From Thermodesulfobacteriota bacterium (lineage in GTDB: Bacteria; Desulfobacterota; Desulfarculia; JACQYL01): 64,000 nucleotides of DNA. The position numbers and the translations under genes were made by a program. How positions within the stretch are numbered: the first letter of the stretch is position 1; each line of letters begins with the position of its first letter. The notes beneath the pieces were generated by a model. That model was not told the DNA's origin. It saw only the letters and a program-made list of their open reading frames with translations, and did no database searches. Location: assembly GCA_963675595.2 (NCBI GenBank), contig CAXXLZ010000002.1:2624001-2688000 (forward strand). The letters are read 5' to 3'. Shown here in pieces: positions 31,140 through 41,395 of the stretch.

Positions 31140-33767
31140 ATGGTCCGCATGACCCCCATGCTTCAGCAGTATCTCGTGATCAAAGCTCAAAATCCTGATG
31201 CGGTGCTCTTCTATCGCATGGGCGACTTTTACGAAATGTTCCTCGAGGACGCGGAACTAGCGGCACCCATTCTCCAGATTGCTCTGACATCACGCAACAA
31301 GAATGATGAGGCGCCTATTCCCATGTGCGGCGTCCCTCATCATTCCGCTGCTGTTTACATCCGCAAGTTGGTCGAAAAAGGATACAAGGTCGCCGTTTGC
31401 GAACAGGTTGAGGACCCTTCGACGGCCAAAGGCGTGGTCAAACGAGAGGTCGTGCGTGTGGTGACTCCGGGAGTACAGACCGAGCCGGAAGCCCTGCGTG
31501 ACGATCAAAGCAACTTCGTTTCCTGCATCTCATTGGTTGGCGATCGCTATGGCCTTGCCTATTTAGATGTTTCCACGGGTGATTTCCGGTCGACTTCCGT
31601 GGGTTCACTGCTCTCCACCTTGGACGAATTCGGCCGGGTCTCCCCTGCCGAGCTGCTGTTGGACGTGGAGTTTGACCCCGGATCCGAAGATCAAGCTTTT
31701 GCCGTCGCTACGTCGAGCGTGGTAGTTACCCGCGTGGGCTTGTCTTCCTTCGACCTCGCCCAAAACGCCGCCCTGCTCCGTAAGAAACTTGCCGTCGAGA
31801 ATCTTGAAGGACTCGGCATAGCGGACAGTCCTGAACAGATTTCAGCAGCCGCCTCCGTTCTCCGCTACGTGATGGAGACTCAAAAGAACGATATCGGTCA
31901 CGTCACCGAACTTCGCACCTATCGGCTGTCCGATGCCATGATTCTGGATGAATCAGCGAAAAGAAATCTCGAACTACTCGAATCCCTCTCTCGCAAGAGC
32001 CGTCGGGGCTCTTTGATCGACGTCCTTGATCACACGGCAACCGCTATGGGCGCTCGGCTGCTGCGTGAGTGGATTTGCCGTCCCTTATTAAAGGCGCGTC
32101 CTATTCTTGAGCGTCTGGATGCCGTCGAGGAACTGGCCGAAGGGATCGCTCTTCGCGAAACCGTTATCGACCTTCTCAAGAAAGTCTATGATCTCGAAAG
32201 GCTCAACGCCAGGGTCGCTTTGGCCCGTGCGCACCCCAGAGACCTACTTGCACTCAGAGACTCGTTTCAGTCACTCCCCGCTCTCCAAGAGTACCTGCTT
32301 GAGTTTCATTCGAGCCTTCTGAAGCGTATTTCTACTTCTTTGGACACTTTGGACGATCTGGGGGAAATGATCGCAAAGACCATTCGGGACGACGCGCCCA
32401 TTTCTCTCGCCGAGGGGGGGGTTATACGAAAAGGGGTTGATCCTGAGTTGGACCGCTATCTGGACGCCACCAGAAACAACAAGGAATGGATCGCCGCCTT
32501 GGAGGCCAGGGAAAAAGCGGCTACCGGAATCCCGAGCTTGAAGGTGGGTTACAATAAGGTCTTCGGTTACTACATCGAGATCACCCGCGCCCACTTCGAC
32601 AAAGTTCCCCCTGAATACATTCGTAAACAAACCTTGGTCAACGCCGAACGTTTCATTACGGAGGAGTTGAAGGATCGTGAAACCATCATCTTAGAAGCGC
32701 GTGAAAAACAGACCCGTTTGGAGCACGATCTTTTCGTCTCCCTTCGCGAAAGTTTAGCCGTCCATAGCAGCCGCATCCGGTCTACCGCAGAGCTGCTGGC
32801 CCGGCTGGACGTGCTTGCTTCCCTGGCTCACGCCGCCCAACTCAACGGATACGTGAAACCTCGAATTTTGGACACCGGAGAAATTTCCATACGCGAGGGA
32901 CGCCACCCCGTAGTGGAGAAGTCCTTGCCGCCCGGGGAATTCGTCCCCAACGACATGCGTCTTGATATGGACGGCGATCAGATTCTGGTGGTCACCGGTC
33001 CCAATATGGCAGGCAAATCCACGATCCTCAGGCAGACCGCTCTCATCACTTTGATGGCCCAAATCGGGTCTTTCGTTCCCGCGTTGGAAGCCGAGATCGG
33101 GCTGGTCGATCGGATATTTACCAGAATCGGCGCCTCCGACGATCTGTTCCGCGGTTACAGCACCTTTATGATCGAGATGGTGGAGACGGCTACCATTGTC
33201 CACCAGTCTACTCCTCGAAGCCTGGTTATTCTCGACGAAATCGGTCGCGGCACGAGCACCGTAGACGGGTTGAGCATCGCTTGGGCGGTGGTGGAATATC
33301 TCCATAACCGTCGAGGCCGTGGCGTAAAGACCCTGTTCGCAACCCACTACCACGAGCTTACCGGTCTTTCCCGGCTTCTTCCACGCGTGAAGAATTTCAA
33401 CATCGCTGTCAAGGAATGGCAGGGAAACGTTCTCTTTCTGAGAAAGCTGGTGCGCGGAGGCGCAAGCCACAGCTACGGAATCGAGGTGGCTCGCCTTGCG
33501 GGCCTTCCCCGTTCCATAATAGATCGGTCGAGGGAGATTCTGGGGGAGTTGGAATCGTGTGGGCTACCCGAGTTGAGCGGGCTTCTTCCGGGCAAGACTC
33601 GAAGGTCCGCAGGCTCACGCTCCCGGCAGGTTCCCTTTGAGTTCCTGGAGAAGGAACCCGGCCCGCTGGAAAAGCGGCTGGACGAGTTGAACCCGGATAT
33701 GCTCAGCCCGAGGGAAGCCATGCACGTTCTTTATGAGTTGAAGCAGTTGTTGGGGAAAACGCCCTGA
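31140..33767 (+). CDS. mutS: DNA mismatch repair protein MutS
   Basis: TPM.QQY, GDFYEMF, TGPNMAGKST, DEIGRGT, ATHYHEL, SYGIEVA. Confidence 0.97.
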   Translation: MVRMTPMLQQYLVIKAQNPDAVLFYRMGDFYEMFLEDAELAAPILQIALTSRNKNDEAPIPMCGVPHHSAAVYIRKLVEKGYKVAVCEQVEDPSTAKGVVKREVVRVVTPGVQTEPEALRDDQSNFVSCISLVGDRYGLAYLDVSTGDFRSTSVGSLLSTLDEFGRVSPAELLLDVEFDPGSEDQAFAVATSSVVVTRVGLSSFDLAQNAALLRKKLAVENLEGLGIADSPEQISAAASVLRYVMETQKNDIGHVTELRTYRLSDAMILDESAKRNLELLESLSRKSRRGSLIDVLDHTATAMGARLLREWICRPLLKARPILERLDAVEELAEGIALRETVIDLLKKVYDLERLNARVALARAHPRDLLALRDSFQSLPALQEYLLEFHSSLLKRISTSLDTLDDLGEMIAKTIRDDAPISLAEGGVIRKGVDPELDRYLDATRNNKEWIAALEAREKAATGIPSLKVGYNKVFGYYIEITRAHFDKVPPEYIRKQTLVNAERFITEELKDRETIILEAREKQTRLEHDLFVSLRESLAVHSSRIRSTAELLARLDVLASLAHAAQLNGYVKPRILDTGEISIREGRHPVVEKSLPPGEFVPNDMRLDMDGDQILVVTGPNMAGKSTILRQTALITLMAQIGSFVPALEAEIGLVDRIFTRIGASDDLFRGYSTFMIEMVETATIVHQSTPRSLVILDEIGRGTSTVDGLSIAWAVVEYLHNRRGRGVKTLFATHYHELTGLSRLLPRVKNFNIAVKEWQGNVLFLRKLVRGGASHSYGIEVARLAGLPRSIIDRSREILGELESCGLPELSGLLPGKTRRSAGSRSRQVPFEFLEKEPGPLEKRLDELNPDMLSPREAMHVLYELKQLLGKTP

Positions 33768-33812
33768 GACGCCGCCTTTGTCCTTTGTAGACCCGAATGC
33801 CCCTTTCTTCAA

Positions 33813-35769
33813 CAGGAGTTTAAGAGATAGCCAGCCATAATTGCGAATTTGATTGTAAATTCAGTGCATTATAGCAGTTCCACTGTAAGACCCCTCTACT
33901 ATTCGTCTCCGACCATTATCGTCTATAAAATTCCAGTAGTTACATTGTTTGATTGACAGTGTACGACCCTACTGCTATTATTCGGGCATGGCTCATTTGC
34001 ATAAGAAGATGAAAAAGGGACGACCCTACTACTACATTCGAGAGATGGCTCGGGTCGAAGGCAAACCCAAGGTCGTCAACCAAGTCTATTTGGGTAGCCC
34101 TGAGCGGATTCTGGAAATGGCGGCGGGAGGCGGGGCCGGGTTAAGCAAAATTCAAGCACAGGAATTCGGGGCGTTATGGCTGGCCGAACTCATCGACCGG
34201 GAAGCCTGCTTCGCGGATATCGTGGACTCGGTGGTTCCCGAAGGAAAAAGAGAGGACGGACCTTCCGTCGGCGAGTATTTCTTGTATGCGGTTTTCAATC
34301 GAATGATCGATTCCCGCTCCAAGCGGGCTTTGGAATCGTGGTTTAAAGACACGGCCATCCAGGCGATCCGACCTGTGGACGTGGGGGAACTCACCTCCCA
34401 GCGATTTTGGGAAAAGTGGGATCGGGTAACACCGGAGCACATCGAGGAGATCGCGGCCCGGTTCTTCCGGAAGGTTCAGGAGATCGAGCCCGCGGATTCG
34501 GATTGCTTTCTGTTCGATACCACCAACTACTACACCTTCATGAGCAGCGATACCCCATCCGAACTGGCCCGGCGAGGAAAAAACAAGGACGGCCGCGACT
34601 GGCTACGTCAAGTCGGCATCGCCCTTCTGGTGTCAAGAGATACCCAGATGCCGCTTTTCTACAAAGCCTACGAAGGCAACCGTCACGACTCCAAAGTGTT
34701 TCACCGGACCCTGGAGGAAATCCGGGCTTGCATGCAAAGTACAAAAGGGACCGGTGCTCACCTGACCCTCGTTTTCGACAAGGGAATGAACTCCGAAGCC
34801 AATATCGCCCGCATCGACGCCCATGAGAACCTCCATTTCATTACCACCTATTCCACCTACTTCGCAGAGGACCTTGCCCAGGTTGATCGATCCCGGTTTG
34901 AACCGGTGGAGACCGCTAAGAATCAAGAGCTGAAGAAACTGGGCCGGGAGGAAGATATTCTGACGGCCTGGCGAACTACGGGAGAACTTTGGGGACGACT
35001 GCGAACCGTCGTGGTGACTCATAATCCGAGAACCGCCGCCAAGCAGAGGTACTCCTTCGAAAGAAAGATGCTCCAGATCCAAGAGGAACTCTATCTCATG
35101 CGGGTTAAGGTCAGGGAGCAGGCGCCCCACTGGAAAAATCCCAAGCAAGTCCGGGAACGCTACATGGATCGCTGCAAGGAATTGCATCTCCCCGACGACC
35201 TCTACGATTTGACTTTTGAAATGGATCAAGGACGGACCCGCATGGGTTTCCGCAAGAACTTCTATCGGATCGGAAGATACATTAACCGATTCGGAAAGAA
35301 CATCATCGTAACGGATAACGGGGATTGGAGTACGGATGAGATTGTACGGGCCTGCCTGGATCGATACAAAGTGGAAAAAGCATTTCGGCAAACCAAGGAC
35401 CACGACCTGGTTTCCCTCTTTCCGATCCGTCATTGGACGGATGGAAAAATCCGGTGCCATATCCTGACCTGCGTTGTCGCGCTCACCTACCTTCGAATTA
35501 TTGAACTCCGAGTGCGACGCGCCGGACTGAATCTCACAGCCTCAACCGTCATGCAGCAGATGCAAAGACTCCACTCCTGCCTCTGCTTCAGTCCGGCAAA
35601 ACGAAAACCCCTCCGCATGATCGAACAACCGAACGACATCCAGGCCCAAATCCTGCACGCCTTCGGTTTCCAGATGAACGACGGTGGGGTCTTACAAACT
35701 TTCAGAACGTAACTTACTGCTTTTACAGCCCTTATAGACTATTCTGCCCAGGTAACTCTTAAACTCCTG
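33813..35769 (+). mobile_element. Complete IS1634-family element, 1957 bp
   Basis: 14-bp terminal IRs CAGGAGTTTAAGAG; 5-bp target duplication TTCAA at 33808-33812 and 35770-35774. Confidence 0.92.
33988..35712 (+). CDS. IS1634-family transposase
   Basis: GRPYYYIRE..RV.GKP, FDTTNY, VFDKGMNS, VEKAFR..K, PIRHWTD.KIRCH. Confidence 0.9.
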   Translation: MAHLHKKMKKGRPYYYIREMARVEGKPKVVNQVYLGSPERILEMAAGGGAGLSKIQAQEFGALWLAELIDREACFADIVDSVVPEGKREDGPSVGEYFLYAVFNRMIDSRSKRALESWFKDTAIQAIRPVDVGELTSQRFWEKWDRVTPEHIEEIAARFFRKVQEIEPADSDCFLFDTTNYYTFMSSDTPSELARRGKNKDGRDWLRQVGIALLVSRDTQMPLFYKAYEGNRHDSKVFHRTLEEIRACMQSTKGTGAHLTLVFDKGMNSEANIARIDAHENLHFITTYSTYFAEDLAQVDRSRFEPVETAKNQELKKLGREEDILTAWRTTGELWGRLRTVVVTHNPRTAAKQRYSFERKMLQIQEELYLMRVKVREQAPHWKNPKQVRERYMDRCKELHLPDDLYDLTFEMDQGRTRMGFRKNFYRIGRYINRFGKNIIVTDNGDWSTDEIVRACLDRYKVEKAFRQTKDHDLVSLFPIRHWTDGKIRCHILTCVVALTYLRIIELRVRRAGLNLTASTVMQQMQRLHSCLCFSPAKRKPLRMIEQPNDIQAQILHAFGFQMNDGGVLQTFRT

Positions 35770-35921
35770 TTCAATAACGGTACCCCCGCGCTTTGCATTC
35801 ATGTGCGGCAAGTATCGATAAGACCGGCGCACAAAATGAATGGGGAGACCGTATTCACGGTCTCCCCAAGCTTGAGCAATTCTCGGAAGGTGATTTGATC
35901 CACCTGCTCTTGGGCAGGTAA

Positions 35922-36797
35922 TTAGGCGGCGGATTTCAACACGGCGTCCGTAGAGATCAAATTCCGGTCGAGGGCGGCGTCCTTGTTGGGATCCAAACCA
36001 AACGCCACCGCCAGGAGCTGGGTAATGAAGGTCACCGGGATATTGTAGTTCCGGCCCAAAGCCTTGTTCGCACGAGGCTGGTAGGCTTCCAGGTTCAGCT
36101 GGCACAAGGGGCATGCCGTGGTCATCACTTGAGCGCCTTTTTTAGTGGCGCTTTCAAGGATGGCACCGATGAGTTCGTAACCGTACTCCAACTCCGTAAG
36201 AAAGATCCCCGAGCCGCAGCACTTGATCTTATGCGAGAAGTCTACCGGAGTGGCGCCGATCGCCTCGAGTATTCGATCCATAACCACGGGACGTTCCACG
36301 CTGTCGTATTCGCCGTAGGGGCGCACGGTCTGACATCCCACGTATCCGCCCACCTTTATGCCTTTCAGCGGCTTCTTGACCTTCTTCTTGATCTCTTCCA
36401 CACCGATATCGTAGTAGAGCACGTCCAAAATATGGCGAACACGGACCGTGCCCTTGTAGGAGAGATTTCCTTCCTTCAGAATCTCGTTGACCTGCTCCAT
36501 CAAGTCCGGGTCTTCTTTCAGTTCACGGTTCACCTGATTCTGAACAATGTAGCATGAGGAACAGGGGGCCACGATGTCGTATCCGCCTTGTGCCTCGGCG
36601 AGCGCCAAGTTGCGGGCGTTGAGCACCACCTGAGCCAGATGATTCGAACCGATGTACGCGATGCTCGCGCCGCAGCAGTTCCAGTCTTCGATTTCCTTGA
36701 ACTCCATGCCCAATGCCTTGGCCGTGGACTCGACGGAGATCATATAATTAGACGCGCTGCTCTCCAGGCTGCACCCCGAATACAGAAAATACTTCAT
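35922..36797 (-). CDS. hdrB: Heterodisulfide reductase subunit B-like protein
   Basis: Two CCG domains: YSGC...WNCCG...PCSSC and YVGC...KCCG...ACPLC. Confidence 0.9.
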   Translation of the reverse strand: MKYFLYSGCSLESSASNYMISVESTAKALGMEFKEIEDWNCCGASIAYIGSNHLAQVVLNARNLALAEAQGGYDIVAPCSSCYIVQNQVNRELKEDPDLMEQVNEILKEGNLSYKGTVRVRHILDVLYYDIGVEEIKKKVKKPLKGIKVGGYVGCQTVRPYGEYDSVERPVVMDRILEAIGATPVDFSHKIKCCGSGIFLTELEYGYELIGAILESATKKGAQVMTTACPLCQLNLEAYQPRANKALGRNYNIPVTFITQLLAVAFGLDPNKDAALDRNLISTDAVLKSAA

Positions 36798-37408
36798 TTC
36801 GTTTGCCCTCCCTTCTCCATGGCCTCGGCCTTCTTGAGCATCTTCTGGAGGGAAGCGATATCCTTGATCTTCTTACCCTGCATGCCCGGGATCACGCCCA
36901 TTACGTTCATGCGTTTGTGCTTCAGCATTCCGAGGGCGATATCTTTCATCTCTATGCCCTTTTTCGCCCCCGCGACGAAGCCCGAGGAGAGATAGTAGTT
37001 CCTCGCGGCCACGCCTTCGTCCACTCGGCCCGTGTTGAAGATGCAATCCCAGAAGGCCTTGCCGAACTTGGCCGTGTCCTCTCTCGGAACGAATCCATTG
37101 CGCAGGGCGTAGTGAGCCAGACCGTGCATCACTTCCATCACCGGGACTTTGCGCGGGCATCTCACGATGCACGTATAGCAGGACGTGCAGAGCATGATAT
37201 CCTTGCTGCTCAGCACCTTGTCCCGTTCACCTGCCCGGATCATGGTGAAAATCTTGCGGGGTGAAAACTCCATTTTGTCCGCCAGGGGACAGGAAGCGGC
37301 GCACACACCGCACTGCATGCATTTCTTGATTTCCTCTCCCGCGTCCACCTTGGCGAAGACTTCCCTGGCAAAGGAGGGATCGTATTTAGACTTTGACGTT
37401 GCTGCCAT
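36794..37408 (-). CDS. hdrC: Heterodisulfide reductase subunit C-like 2x[4Fe-4S] protein, no membrane domain
   Basis: CMQCGVCAASCP and CTSCYTCIVRCP; about 204 aa; 4-bp overlap with hdrB. Confidence 0.88.
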   Translation of the reverse strand: MAATSKSKYDPSFAREVFAKVDAGEEIKKCMQCGVCAASCPLADKMEFSPRKIFTMIRAGERDKVLSSKDIMLCTSCYTCIVRCPRKVPVMEVMHGLAHYALRNGFVPREDTAKFGKAFWDCIFNTGRVDEGVAARNYYLSSGFVAGAKKGIEMKDIALGMLKHKRMNVMGVIPGMQGKKIKDIASLQKMLKKAEAMEKGGQTK

Positions 37409-37557
37409 ATTGGAACCTTCCGTATGGTTTTGCCGGAACATGCCTTCCGGTTGGTGTGACAGCCGCTGAAGCCGGCGTCCACGGTTTCCATAGGAGCGGC
37501 TTCAAGGGATCGCCCGGTGAATCCGGGTAGCCGAGCTTCGGCTTCGGTGACTGCGAA

Positions 37558-37588
37558 CAACGGGAGGGTGTCTCCCACCCTCCCGTTG
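37558..37588 (-). other. Strong hairpin between qmoB and hdrC
   Basis: 13-bp stem CAACGGGAGGGTG / CACCCTCCCGTTG, 5-nt loop, weak U-tract. Confidence 0.6.
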
Positions 37589-37593
37589 ATTTC

Positions 37594-39816
37594 TTACCAG
37601 CCTTTGTATGGGTTGGGACCGATTTCTTCAATGGTCTCCATGAATTCCCCGATGATTTCCGGCACTTTATGGTAGTCCGTAATCGAAACCTCCGTTACCC
37701 TCACCCGATCCGATTCCAGGGAGAGGCGGTCCAGGGTCTCCGATACCTTGGAAAGTCGAGTTGTCGCCAACTCGCTTCCTTTGACGAAGTGACACTGGTA
37801 ATCGTCGCCGTGTCGACAACCGAGAAGAATGATACCGTCGATGCCTCGCGACAAGGCGTCGGCGATCCACACCAGGTTGAGCCCGCCCAGGCACCGCATG
37901 GGCAGCACTCGAACGTAGGGGCTGTATTGTAGACGGTTGATGCCCGCCATGTCCAGCGCAGGGTACGCATCGTTCTCGCACACAAGCATCAGCACTCTGG
38001 GCTTTTCCTCATCTTCCTCCGGAATGTGGAGTGCCTTGATCATGTTCCCGATCATGCCCACCGAGTAATTCTTGAAGGAGATGATTCGTTCGGGGCACGC
38101 TCCCATGCACACACCGCAACGTCGGCAGCGCGTGGGATTGGGCAGCGGGTTGCCCTTCTCGTCTTCGTTGATGGCGCCGAAAGGACACTCTTCCGTACAT
38201 CGCTTGCACTGAGTACAGCGCTGCATGAAGAACTCGGGGAAGGTCATATCCCCGACCCTCGGATGAACCGCGGAACCGGTGGCCGTGGATTCCACACACT
38301 GAATGGCCTTCAACATGGCTCCGGCGGCGTCGTCTTTCGATTGAGCGGTATCCATGGGGCGTCGGACGGGTCCGGCCGCGTAAATACCGGTCCGTCGGGT
38401 TTCATAAGGAAAACACACAAAGTGCGAATCCGGGAAGCCGTATTTCAAAGTGGGCATTTCCGGACCCTGGCGATAATTGAGTTTCAATGCCGGCAAGGCG
38501 TAGTGCCCCGAATCCGGCTGCACTTCCTTCACCGTAACCGTGCCGTCGTCGGCCTTGGTCTCGATGGTGGGAGCCACATCGGGCTGAGAACTGGGAACCA
38601 TACCGGTGGCCAGAACCACAAGGTCGAGCTCGTCGAGCTTCACCTTATCATTGAGCAGCACGTCCATGGCCTCGATGGCAAGGGCGCTGCCCTCTTCAGC
38701 CACGTTCTCCACTTCGCCTCGGATGAACACGGCGCCGTCGCGTTGCACCTTGCGGTACAAGTCTTCGGCCTGCATGGGCGTACGGATGTCTTTGTAAACA
38801 ACGTAGACCTGCGATTCCGGGTCCTGTTCCTTGACGTAGCAAGCCTGTTTCATCGTGGCCAGACAGCACACGGCGGAGCAGTAGGGCAGTCTTTCGGGGT
38901 CCCTTGATCCGGCGCACTGAATGAAGCCGACCTTTTTCACCGGACCGCCGTCCGAGGGACGTACGATCTTGCCGGCTTTGGCCATCTCTTCCATCTGGAT
39001 GTTCGTGACCACGTTCTTGAACTTGCCATAACCGAGATGTTCCAGATTGGCCGGATCGTAGGGCCGCCATCCGGTGGCCATCACCACCGCGCCCACTTTT
39101 TCCTGTGCGGAATTCCCATTGGCCGCTATGTCCACCGTGAACAGGCCGGGAGCTCCGGCGGTCTTGCCGACGGTGGCGGAAGTGTAAACCTTGATCTTGT
39201 CGTTTCCGTTCACTTCGTCGATCAGGGGAGCGACCGAAGGTTCATGAATCTCGTTGAACGGAGGAAAGAACTGTTTGTGGAACTTGGCGGCCCAACCGCC
39301 CAACTCGGCTTCCTTTTCCACCAACACGACTTCATAGCCGGCTTTGGCTCCTTCCAGGGCCGCAGTCAAACCGGCGACACCGCCGCCCACCACCATGATG
39401 CGCTTGCTGATTTCCTCTTCCGGCTTGTAGGGAGTCGGCAGTTCGGCAATCGAAGCCTTGACGATCCCCATCCGCATATAGTCTTCAGCCATCATCTGGG
39501 TGTCTTCTTCCCCGGCGGGCTGAACCCATGCAACGCCTTCCCGCAGATTCACCCGTTCCACCAGTGTTCCGGGAAAGTCGAACACATCGTAAAGCACTCG
39601 GGGCGAACAAGCGCATAACACCGCGGCGTTGATTCCTTCGCCCTTGATGTCGGCCTTGATCTGTTCCACGCCCTCCTTGCTGCAAAGAACGGGAATATCC
39701 TTAAAAAGGTCCGGGGGACTATCGAGCTCGTCCGCAGCTTCGGAAAGCTTGTCGATATCCAGCGCGTCTCCTATCCCACAGCCCTTGCACACATATACGC
39801 CGATTTTCTTGCTCAT
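37594..39816 (-). CDS. qmoB: QmoB (HdrA-like FAD/Fe-S protein with MvhD-like C-terminus)
   Basis: GVYVC.GCGI, GGGVAG, FIQCAGSRD, CSAVCC, CTQCKRCTEECP, CRRCGVCMGACP, GPNPYKG. Confidence 0.93.
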   Translation of the reverse strand: MSKKIGVYVCKGCGIGDALDIDKLSEAADELDSPPDLFKDIPVLCSKEGVEQIKADIKGEGINAAVLCACSPRVLYDVFDFPGTLVERVNLREGVAWVQPAGEEDTQMMAEDYMRMGIVKASIAELPTPYKPEEEISKRIMVVGGGVAGLTAALEGAKAGYEVVLVEKEAELGGWAAKFHKQFFPPFNEIHEPSVAPLIDEVNGNDKIKVYTSATVGKTAGAPGLFTVDIAANGNSAQEKVGAVVMATGWRPYDPANLEHLGYGKFKNVVTNIQMEEMAKAGKIVRPSDGGPVKKVGFIQCAGSRDPERLPYCSAVCCLATMKQACYVKEQDPESQVYVVYKDIRTPMQAEDLYRKVQRDGAVFIRGEVENVAEEGSALAIEAMDVLLNDKVKLDELDLVVLATGMVPSSQPDVAPTIETKADDGTVTVKEVQPDSGHYALPALKLNYRQGPEMPTLKYGFPDSHFVCFPYETRRTGIYAAGPVRRPMDTAQSKDDAAGAMLKAIQCVESTATGSAVHPRVGDMTFPEFFMQRCTQCKRCTEECPFGAINEDEKGNPLPNPTRCRRCGVCMGACPERIISFKNYSVGMIGNMIKALHIPEEDEEKPRVLMLVCENDAYPALDMAGINRLQYSPYVRVLPMRCLGGLNLVWIADALSRGIDGIILLGCRHGDDYQCHFVKGSELATTRLSKVSETLDRLSLESDRVRVTEVSITDYHKVPEIIGEFMETIEEIGPNPYKGW

Positions 39817-39820
39817 CGAC

Positions 39821-41092
39821 TTACCTCCTCCCTACGGATTGAATCGCCTTGAGAGCCGCCGCCGTGCCGTCCTGAACCGTTCCGGAAACGTCGAAGGGTT
39901 TCCGAACGCAACCGGCCCCGTACACGCCGATTACACTCTGCTCGGGGGCGATGAATCCATAATCGTCATACTTCAGTTCATCGACGGGCACTTTGGTTTC
40001 CAGAGTATTGGGCTGCATACCCGTGGCCAGGACAACCAAATCGGCATCCGCCTTGATCTTCTTGCCGCTCATGGTGTCTTCACCAATGAGAACCAGGTTG
40101 CCGGTGGCCTCGTCTTCCGTAATCTGGGCGATCTTGGACTTCACGAACTGTACTTTTTCATCCTCTTTGATCTTCGTATAGAAGTCCTCATACCTGTGAG
40201 GCGTGCGGATGTCGATAAAGTAGATGGTAATGGTCGCGTCGGGATATTGCTCACGAACGTAGGTGACCTGTTTGAGAGAGGCCATGCAGCAGATACCCGA
40301 ACAGAAGGCGAGGTGGTTTTCATCCCTGGAACCGGCGCACTGGATGAACGCTACATTGCTCACTTCCTTCCCGTCGGAGGGTCGGACGATCTTGCCGCAG
40401 GTGGGGCCGCTTTGGTTGGCCAGCCGTTCCATCATCACGTTGGAAATGACATTCTTATAGACGCCGAAGCCGTAGTATTCCACCTTGGCGGCATCATAAG
40501 GGGTCCATCCGGTCGCCCACACGATGGATGCGGCTTTCAGATCGAAAGTCTTGGCTTCCATCGAGAGATCCACCGCGCCGTATTGGCAGGCGGCCTCGGC
40601 CTTTTTTCCATCAGGGCCCTGCGCGACTTCCGGCGCGATGACGTAGCGCATGGGGTATGCCAGGTCGTGAGGAAGATAAGCACCCTTGATGTTGTTCATG
40701 TTGTAGTTGAACGGATTGGGAATCTCCGTCTCAACAGCTTCCGCGCAGGCGCCGCAGGCGGTGCAATTCTCGTTGACGTAGCGCGGATTCAACTGAATGG
40801 TCACGTCGTAGTTTCCCGGGCCTCCGGAAACACTCTGCACTTCCGCCATGGTGAAAAACCGAATTCTCGGATTGGTCTTCATTCGTCTGAAGTTGATTTC
40901 CAACCCGCAATAAGGCGGACAAAGTTTCGGGAAGTAGTTGGTGAGCTGAGCGACGCGGCCGCCCAAGTAGGGGTTCTTCTCCACCAGGACGACATCATGG
41001 CCCGTCTCCGCGGCTTCGAGTGCCGCGGACATCCCGCTCATGCCACCGCCCACCACCAGGATGGTCTGGGTTACAGCCTTTTCATCAGACAT
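39821..41092 (-). CDS. qmoA: QmoA (HdrA-like flavoprotein)
   Basis: GGGMSG, YFPKLCPP.CGLEIN, FIQCAGSRD, CSGICC; follows aprA. Confidence 0.93.
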   Translation of the reverse strand: MSDEKAVTQTILVVGGGMSGMSAALEAAETGHDVVLVEKNPYLGGRVAQLTNYFPKLCPPYCGLEINFRRMKTNPRIRFFTMAEVQSVSGGPGNYDVTIQLNPRYVNENCTACGACAEAVETEIPNPFNYNMNNIKGAYLPHDLAYPMRYVIAPEVAQGPDGKKAEAACQYGAVDLSMEAKTFDLKAASIVWATGWTPYDAAKVEYYGFGVYKNVISNVMMERLANQSGPTCGKIVRPSDGKEVSNVAFIQCAGSRDENHLAFCSGICCMASLKQVTYVREQYPDATITIYFIDIRTPHRYEDFYTKIKEDEKVQFVKSKIAQITEDEATGNLVLIGEDTMSGKKIKADADLVVLATGMQPNTLETKVPVDELKYDDYGFIAPEQSVIGVYGAGCVRKPFDVSGTVQDGTAAALKAIQSVGRR

Positions 41093-41343
41093 ACGAATCC
41101 TCCACCGTTTATGTTCTCGATTTCGGGGAACGTCCTGTATCTTCGAGATCGCTGCCGACTAAATGGAAGCAGGAGCGTAATCCGTGAATGACCGCCCCGC
41201 GAAGGCATTCGCCGGCGGCGGACGCGGAGTGGAAATTCACCGACCACGCTTCGACTTTCAGGCAGGAACCCCGCAATGGATCGGAGGGTTCCAACACAAC
41301 AGAAACGGCGGGCGGGACGTCGTGGCTCAATGGCGGAAACGAT

Positions 41344-41376
41344 AAAACTCCAGACGCCGCCAAGGGCGTCTGGAGT
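41344..41376 (-). terminator. Intrinsic terminator/attenuator after aprA
   Basis: ACTCCAGACGCC-N6-GGCGTCTGGAGT then TTT on minus strand. Confidence 0.7.
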
Positions 41377-41395
41377 GATTTGAATCAGCTCGGAA

